A stretch of DNA of 31,245 bases, taken from positions 1-31,245 of IMG/VR virus record IMGVR_UViG_3300037589_000202, one strand, 5' to 3'. Under the pieces are notes generated by a model. That model made no database searches and had not been told where the DNA came from. It worked only from the letters and a program-made list of their open reading frames with translations. Below, one piece after another: positions 25,797 to 31,245 of the stretch (its first letter is position 1; each line of letters begins with the position of its first letter). The translations under genes and the position numbers were made by a program. Source of the DNA: a virus. Lineage: Duplodnaviria > Caudoviricetes.

Positions 25797-26722
25797 AAGT
25801 TTTAAACTCGAAAATATCGATAGGTAAATTTAGTTTTTCTTTTGTCAATTCAATAGAAAGCGAAACAAGCTGGGAACTATTAACGGATACAGCCAAAATT
25901 GTGATTCCAAATAATGTTTTTGTGGGTCAGGAGAGGTACTACGAAAACATTTACAGTGGTGACAAAGTAATTGTAGAGGCTGGATATGATAATTTGGTGA
26001 CTTTGTTCAAGGGGTATGTAACCTATGTTAAACCTAGAGTTCCTGTTGAAATTACTTGCGAAGATGAAATGTGGAAGCTAAAGCAGAATACAATTAGCGA
26101 CAGCGGCAGGGATATGAATGTTGAAAAACTATTGAAGAAACACTTCTCTTCTTACGGCACATCACATTTAAATGTGACCTTAGGAAATTATTACATAGAC
26201 AATGTGAGTGGAGCAAAGTTACTAGAGCAATTGAAGAGCGATTTTGGTTTATTTTCTTTTTTTAGAGGTGACACTTTGGTAGTTGGGAAAAGATATGATT
26301 TAGAGACTGCAAACAGGCACAAATTCAAACAAAATTATAATGTGATAGAGGATGAATTGGAATTTAAAAGAAAGGACCAGGTTAAACTAAAAGTTAAAGC
26401 GATAAGCAATAATGCTGATGGAAGTAAAACAGAAGTGGAGCTGGGAGAACCTGATGGAGAAAGCAGAACTTTGAATTTTTACAACCTATCTCAGAAGGAT
26501 TTGAAAGAGGCTGCCGAAAGAGAAATGGAAAGATTGGTTTATGATGGTTGGCGTGGAAGTTTCACGGCATTTGGAGAGCCTTTTGTAAGACAAGGTGATA
26601 TCGTGGAGTTATTGATGGATGAAGAATCCAATAAAACAGGAAGTTATTGGGTAGACGAAGTTAAATATAAGTTTGGGGTGGAAGGATTTCGACAGGAAAT
26701 AAAATTAGGAGCACACACATGA
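25793..26722 (+). CDS. Baseplate hub (Mu gp44 / P2 D-like)
   Basis: LTDTAKIVIP; AGYD...FKGYV; CEDEMWKLK; GSFTAFGEP; GFRQEIKLG. Confidence 0.82.
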   Translation: MKVLNSKISIGKFSFSFVNSIESETSWELLTDTAKIVIPNNVFVGQERYYENIYSGDKVIVEAGYDNLVTLFKGYVTYVKPRVPVEITCEDEMWKLKQNTISDSGRDMNVEKLLKKHFSSYGTSHLNVTLGNYYIDNVSGAKLLEQLKSDFGLFSFFRGDTLVVGKRYDLETANRHKFKQNYNVIEDELEFKRKDQVKLKVKAISNNADGSKTEVELGEPDGESRTLNFYNLSQKDLKEAAEREMERLVYDGWRGSFTAFGEPFVRQGDIVELLMDEESNKTGSYWVDEVKYKFGVEGFRQEIKLGAHT

Positions 26723-27255
26723 CTATAAAAGAGGCATTAGAAAGACTGCTTGCAGAGAAGTTGCCCGTACAAGTAGTTGTAGGAAAAGTAATATCGGTAG
26801 ATAAGTCTAGTATGACTTGTGACATCGATCTACAAACTGCGCCAAATATGATTGGGGTAAGACTACGCTCGGTAATTGACGGAAAGGAACAAGGGATCCT
26901 AGTAGTACCTAAAATCGGAAGCAATGTTTTGGTAGGATTAATTGATAACCGAAAGCAGAGCGCTTTTGTTATAGGATTCGGAGAAGTAGAGAATGTTAGA
27001 GTGCTGTGTGATGATATTGAATTGGCAGGAAATAGTTTTGGAGGTCTCGTAAAAGTAGAAGAATTGAAATCGCAACTAAACAAAACCAACCAGTTGCTAC
27101 AGTCTATCCTGGGGATCTTTAACGGAGCGCCAATTCCTGAACCTGGTAATGGTTCTCCTTCTGCGCTTCAGGCAGCTTTAAAGGGAGCTGTGACAGGAAA
27201 GGTTTTGGGTGATTTTAATAATTTGGAAAATAAAAAAGTGAAACATGGCGGTTGA
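26719..27255 (+). CDS. Baseplate central spike (Mu gp45 / P2 V-like)
   Basis: OB-fold-like GKVISVD...VRL...PKIGSNVLV; follows the hub. Confidence 0.75.
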   Translation: MTIKEALERLLAEKLPVQVVVGKVISVDKSSMTCDIDLQTAPNMIGVRLRSVIDGKEQGILVVPKIGSNVLVGLIDNRKQSAFVIGFGEVENVRVLCDDIELAGNSFGGLVKVEELKSQLNKTNQLLQSILGIFNGAPIPEPGNGSPSALQAALKGAVTGKVLGDFNNLENKKVKHGG

Positions 27256-27541
27256 TTTTATAACAGACGACAAGAGAAACCTACTCATAGAGGATGGTGA
27301 TTTTGTATTAAATAATAGCGATTCACAGCACGTTGAGGATTTAATGATTTCTGATAAAGGAACATTTTATCAATCGCCAATAAGCGGGATTGGAATTATT
27401 CGGCAATTGAAATCTCCAAAGCATTTAATAAATAAAATCAGAGTTGAAAATGAAATTAGTATCCAGCTTTTATTAGATGGAGCGACAAATATTGATATAG
27501 ATTATAACGAACAGATAGAAGTATCCGCTACCTATGAGTAA
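27245..27541 (+). CDS. Baseplate wedge / sheath initiator (gp25/gp46-like)
   Basis: LLIEDGDFV...SDSQH...KGTFYQSPISGIGI. Confidence 0.7.
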   Translation: MAVDFITDDKRNLLIEDGDFVLNNSDSQHVEDLMISDKGTFYQSPISGIGIIRQLKSPKHLINKIRVENEISIQLLLDGATNIDIDYNEQIEVSATYE

Positions 27542-29105
27542 AGAAGTAAAAGTACAAAATGGTCAAAGCATGTTTGACTTAGCTATTCAGCATTATGGAT
27601 CTGTGGAGGGTTTGTTTCTTCTTATGGAAGACAACGCTATAAACTCCGTAAATCATAATTTTGTTGATGGGGAACTAATTCAGATAAAGTCAGATCCTAT
27701 CAATCAAACAGTGGTTAATTACTATTTAAACACAGGTTTGATAGTGAACTCTACTTTTGAACCTAATTCTATCCCTTTAGTAGCTCCTACTATTGTTAGT
27801 ATCGCGTTTGCACCCTTGACAGAGAATCAAACCAAAAACATTACCATAACTGGAACGAATTTTACATCTGGGAGCACTGTTTCGATATCCAAAGGAACTA
27901 ATTCTATTACAGTAAATTCTGTGACAGTAAATAGTTCGACTCAAATAATCGCAAACATCACGACTGGAACGGTAACAGGAGGGTTTGATGTAACAGTAAA
28001 CAATGGGTTGAGTGTAACGAGTTTGAATGGTATATCCGTTTCGGCAGCAATTGTAGCTCCAACTATCACCAGTATCGCGTTTGCACCCTTGACAGAGAAT
28101 CAAACCAAAAACATTACCATAACTGGAACGAATTTTACATCTGGGAGCACTGTTTCGATATCCAAAGGAACTAATTCTATAGCAGTAAATTCTGTAACAG
28201 TAAATAGTTCGACTCAAATATCCGCAAACATCACAACTGGAACAGTAACAGGAGCATTTGATGTAACAGTAAACAATGGATTAAGCATTACTGAGGTGGA
28301 TGGAATCAGTGTGAGTGCTGCTGTAGTTGTACCAACTATTACAAATATTTCTTTTGCTCCGCTTTTAAGAAATCAAACCAAAGACATAACTATTACAGGA
28401 ACAAATTTTGGTTTAGGATCTGCGGTAACAATATTTAAAGGTTCAAACTCTATAACGGTAAACACAGTAACCAGAAATAGTTCTACACAATTAACGGTAA
28501 ATGTAACGACAACTTCAAATATTGGTTCTTATGATGTTACCATAACAAGTTCAGGTCAATCGGCTACAGAAGTGGATGGAATTGATGTGATTGTAGTAAC
28601 GACAATTCCGGGTGTTGGTTCAGTTGGTTGGACAAATGTTTCTACTGGCATGGTAACTACCCCAGGTAGAATTGAATGGTCTAGTTCAGCACCGTTGCAA
28701 TGGGAAAACACAGGTTCTTTTTTAGCATTACCAGCGAACATTGCGGGCTACCTCGAATTTAAAATTGACAATTCAGCTGGTTATAGTTCTGGTGGTTTTT
28801 TTATTGGAGGATTAAGTTTGACTCCTGGAGGAACACATTATACAAGTGTAGAATATCCGTTTTATTACGAACAGCCTTCTGCAAGTAGAATAAGTGTTTT
28901 AAGGAATGGAGGTCGAGAGAATCCTACCTCTGGCCATAATTTAAATCACGTTCTACGTATTGAAAGAAATCTTTCTGGAGTAGTCAGCTTTTATATAAAC
29001 GGGGTTATTTTTTATACGCATCCAGATACAACACTTGCTGCATTGTATTTCAACTGTAGAATTAACCGGTATTTAGCAGCGGATGAATTAGTTTCAAAAT
29101 ATTAA
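27534..29105 (+). CDS. LysM-type baseplate protein extended by three IPT/TIG Ig-like repeats and a C-terminal beta-sandwich domain
   Basis: N-terminal VQNGQSMFDLAIQHYGSVEG; three ~91-aa repeats PTIxSI...ITITGTNF...NSSTQ...DVT; C-terminal lectin-like segment (LRIERN...VSFYING). Confidence 0.8.
   Translation: MSKEVKVQNGQSMFDLAIQHYGSVEGLFLLMEDNAINSVNHNFVDGELIQIKSDPINQTVVNYYLNTGLIVNSTFEPNSIPLVAPTIVSIAFAPLTENQTKNITITGTNFTSGSTVSISKGTNSITVNSVTVNSSTQIIANITTGTVTGGFDVTVNNGLSVTSLNGISVSAAIVAPTITSIAFAPLTENQTKNITITGTNFTSGSTVSISKGTNSIAVNSVTVNSSTQISANITTGTVTGAFDVTVNNGLSITEVDGISVSAAVVVPTITNISFAPLLRNQTKDITITGTNFGLGSAVTIFKGSNSITVNTVTRNSSTQLTVNVTTTSNIGSYDVTITSSGQSATEVDGIDVIVVTTIPGVGSVGWTNVSTGMVTTPGRIEWSSSAPLQWENTGSFLALPANIAGYLEFKIDNSAGYSSGGFFIGGLSLTPGGTHYTSVEYPFYYEQPSASRISVLRNGGRENPTSGHNLNHVLRIERNLSGVVSFYINGVIFYTHPDTTLAALYFNCRINRYLAADELVSKY
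27780..28600 (+). repeat. Tandem 273-nt intragenic repeats (3 units)
   Basis: 27798-27907 is identical to 28071-28180 (110 nt); third unit diverged; outer boundaries approximate. Confidence 0.9.
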
Positions 29106-29111
29106 TAAAAC

Positions 29112-29972
29112 ATGGCAAGAACAATAAAGGAAATATATAACTCGATGGTGACAGAAAAGAACACTATGAGTTCATTAAATGGGCTACAGCCCGCAACAGA
29201 TACAGCGACAAAGCTACTAAGTGACTTAACAAGCGAGAGCAAGGTTGCCAGGTGGCGATTAAAGTTCTGGGTGTTCGCTGTTGCTTTGTGGGTTCACGAA
29301 AAACTTTTTGATGCTCACAAAGCTCAGATAGAAAAGAGAGCCTCAGAGCTTTATGTTGGTTCTGTTATTTGGTATCATGCAGAGTGCTTTAAGTTTCAAT
29401 TTGGCGACACTTTGTCTTGGAATGGTAAGAAGTACATCTACGACCCAATAGATGCTGCAAAGCAAATAATTAAACGCGCATCTGTAACAGAGGTGTCTGG
29501 CCAATTAGTTATAAAGATTGCAAAGCTTGCCTCAGGAGTTCCTGCAAAACTCTCGACTACCGAGATGGCTGCTTTCACTTCTTATATAGACTTAATAAAG
29601 TTTGCAGGTACCAACACACGAATTGTGAGCCAAGATGCTGATCTGCTAAAGATAAGTTATTCGATTAAATATGACCCGCTTGCGATATCTGCAACAGGTG
29701 AGTTGTTGAGTGCTCCTGGAACTTATCCTGTTGAGGATGCTATCACGAAATATATACAGAATCTTCCTTTTGATGGAAAGTTAAGTTTGACAAAACTAAC
29801 AGATGAAATTCAGAAAGTACCTGGTGTTTTAGATCCGGTGTTGGGAGTGGCAGAGGCGAAATATGGAACCCTGCCTTATTCACCTATAATAAATGAATAC
29901 AATGCTGATGCCGGGCACATGACTATAGACTCAGTTTACCCCTTAAGAAATTCAATCTCATACCATGTATAG
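29112..29972 (+). CDS. Baseplate J-like wedge protein
   Basis: MARTIKEI...SKVARWRL; WYHAECFKFQFGD; IKFAGT; YIQNLPFDG...DEIQKVPGV. Confidence 0.78.
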   Translation: MARTIKEIYNSMVTEKNTMSSLNGLQPATDTATKLLSDLTSESKVARWRLKFWVFAVALWVHEKLFDAHKAQIEKRASELYVGSVIWYHAECFKFQFGDTLSWNGKKYIYDPIDAAKQIIKRASVTEVSGQLVIKIAKLASGVPAKLSTTEMAAFTSYIDLIKFAGTNTRIVSQDADLLKISYSIKYDPLAISATGELLSAPGTYPVEDAITKYIQNLPFDGKLSLTKLTDEIQKVPGVLDPVLGVAEAKYGTLPYSPIINEYNADAGHMTIDSVYPLRNSISYHV

Positions 29973-30447
29973 CATTAATTTTAGCGATATAATTAAAAAA
30001 CTACTCCCTTTCTTTTATCGGGAAACCAATTTCTACGACTTTATGCTTGCAGCATTTAAGCCTATAAAGGAATTGAATGTGGAGTTTAAGCTTTGGAAAG
30101 ACAGATTGGATTATGATTTGAGGTTTAACGGCCAAACAATTAACTTGGAGCATGTTTTAAACGATCTTTTCGACAATTCAAGCCGCAGAATCTATATCCA
30201 GGACACAAGCATTGTAAATTACGTGTACGTGTCAAATAAAATTGAAGGCTCAGGTAGGCTTTATTTGTCAAACAAATCAGAAACAACAGCGCCGGACGTT
30301 TATTTTGAGAACAGAACAGAACAAACGAATCAGATCCATTTTAAAGTAATGGTGCCAAGCTCATTAGGTTTCTCGGTCATTCAAATGAAGGCTCTTGTGG
30401 ATAAGTATAAAATAGCAGGTGTAAAATATCAAATAGAATCAATTTAA
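29965..30447 (+). CDS. Baseplate wedge protein (P2 I / Mu gp48-like position)
   Basis: NGQTINLEHVLNDLFD...RIYI; FKVMVP; VDKYKIAGVKY. Confidence 0.72.
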   Translation: MYSINFSDIIKKLLPFFYRETNFYDFMLAAFKPIKELNVEFKLWKDRLDYDLRFNGQTINLEHVLNDLFDNSSRRIYIQDTSIVNYVYVSNKIEGSGRLYLSNKSETTAPDVYFENRTEQTNQIHFKVMVPSSLGFSVIQMKALVDKYKIAGVKYQIESI

Positions 30448-30450
30448 AAT

Positions 30451-31245
30451 ATGAATAATTTAAAAACTACAGATTTAGGAAGAATGCCGATCGTTTTGGA
30501 CGATTTAAGATTTATTAATGACTCATTGAAGGAGGTGATTAATGGCATAGTTGCTCATGACACATCAAGCGTTGTGATTTTGAGCGGCTGTGAAATAGAT
30601 TACACATCTCTATCTGCAGGAACTCTAAACATGACAGCGGGAGCGGTTTATTATAATGGTGAAATATACTCGGTCAATGCGGTTACATCAATGACATACG
30701 ATCTTACTGTGAGATGGGAGATTGAGGAGACGAATGATCCTGCGGGCCTTAAAACTTTTGCTAGCGGTACCTCGCACAACACATATAAAATAAGAAAAGC
30801 CGTAGTAAAACAAGGTGGTACAGTTCCTTCTGGAGCGCTTTATTTTGCTTTAACCAGATCTATATTCGATATATATCGAAATGGCATGGGTAAATACACT
30901 GAGCTCGTAAAGGTTGATCCTTTTATATCAGTTGATTCGCCTTATTCAAAGAGTGCCAACAATCCTTTAAGGGCTTGGAAAAATGTAAACGGCTCCATTT
31001 CTTTTACCGGAGAGTTAATTACATCTGGAGGTAATGGAAGTACAATAGGATTGCTAGATCCTGAGTTCAGACCTACTAAGACAAGAAACATTGTATTTGA
31101 TGTATTTGAGCCATCAGGGGTGTATATTGAAACATTGGGTTGCTCAATTAGCGCTTCAGGGTCTATAGGTTTTTTAGGCACTTCGCCTATTTCGGCTTAT
31201 CCAGCAAACTCAGTGCTTAGGTTTAACGAGCAGTATGAGGTCTAG
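30451..31245 (+). CDS. Tail fibre/baseplate-attached protein
   Basis: N-terminal P...DDLRFI...ILSGC...GAVYYNGEI; C-terminal fibre-like IGLLDPEFRP. Confidence 0.65.
   Translation: MNNLKTTDLGRMPIVLDDLRFINDSLKEVINGIVAHDTSSVVILSGCEIDYTSLSAGTLNMTAGAVYYNGEIYSVNAVTSMTYDLTVRWEIEETNDPAGLKTFASGTSHNTYKIRKAVVKQGGTVPSGALYFALTRSIFDIYRNGMGKYTELVKVDPFISVDSPYSKSANNPLRAWKNVNGSISFTGELITSGGNGSTIGLLDPEFRPTKTRNIVFDVFEPSGVYIETLGCSISASGSIGFLGTSPISAYPANSVLRFNEQYEV

Larger units (their letters stand above)
1..31245. mobile_element. Mu-like transposable (pro)phage with contractile tail, internal portion; ends not in window
   Basis: Repressor-ner-A-B gene order, DDE transposase plus AAA+ ATPase, DUF3164/GemA/Mor-like genes, MuF, gp36/gpG-like genes, full myovirus tail module; no host genes seen. 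Confidence 0.95.

Noticed and set aside
27798-28330. Near-identical repeats as a DGR template/variable repeat pair
   Set aside because: Both copies are in-frame domains of one ORF, mismatches are not confined to adenines, and there is no reverse transcriptase in the window
1-31245. Mu-type ends (TG...CA with transposase sites), gin/mom-like genes, CRISPR arrays, rRNA/tRNA
   Set aside because: None seen; the window starts and ends at stop codons of phage genes, so the termini lie outside

Overview
The whole window is the interior of a Mu-like (transposable), contractile-tailed temperate phage or prophage, most likely from a Bacteroidota host (AT-rich, A-rich starts without Shine-Dalgarno motifs, TAnnTTTG -7 promoter boxes). 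Layout from left to right: CI-type repressor (-) with palindromic operators; early operon (+) with Ner-like regulator, MuA-like DDE transposase, MuB-like ATPase, a second RecA-like ATPase, DUF3164, GemA-like, two degenerate HNH proteins, a lipoprotein, DUF4406, Mor/C-like activator and a BLIP/DUF3862-like gene; an inverted packaging/head-completion operon (-) with terS, terL, gp36-like, portal, MuF, gpG-like and gp37-like; then a divergent late operon (+) with protease/scaffold, capsid, lysis, sheath, tube, chaperone, tape measure and baseplate genes. The phage ends are outside the window. Most notable: (1) a textbook -1 frameshift signal (U UUU UUU, 6-nt spacer, GC hairpin) at the portal stop codon that would fuse portal to a MuF protein ending in a CdiA-like PD-(D/E)xK nuclease; (2) no protein immunity gene follows this toxin, but an antisense ~65-nt structured RNA unit with a consensus promoter box and an intrinsic terminator sits there, a candidate RNA antitoxin; (3) the tail chaperone G/GT -1 frameshift; (4) a LysM baseplate gene extended by recently duplicated Ig-like repeats. 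All family assignments come from motif recognition and gene order, not database searches.
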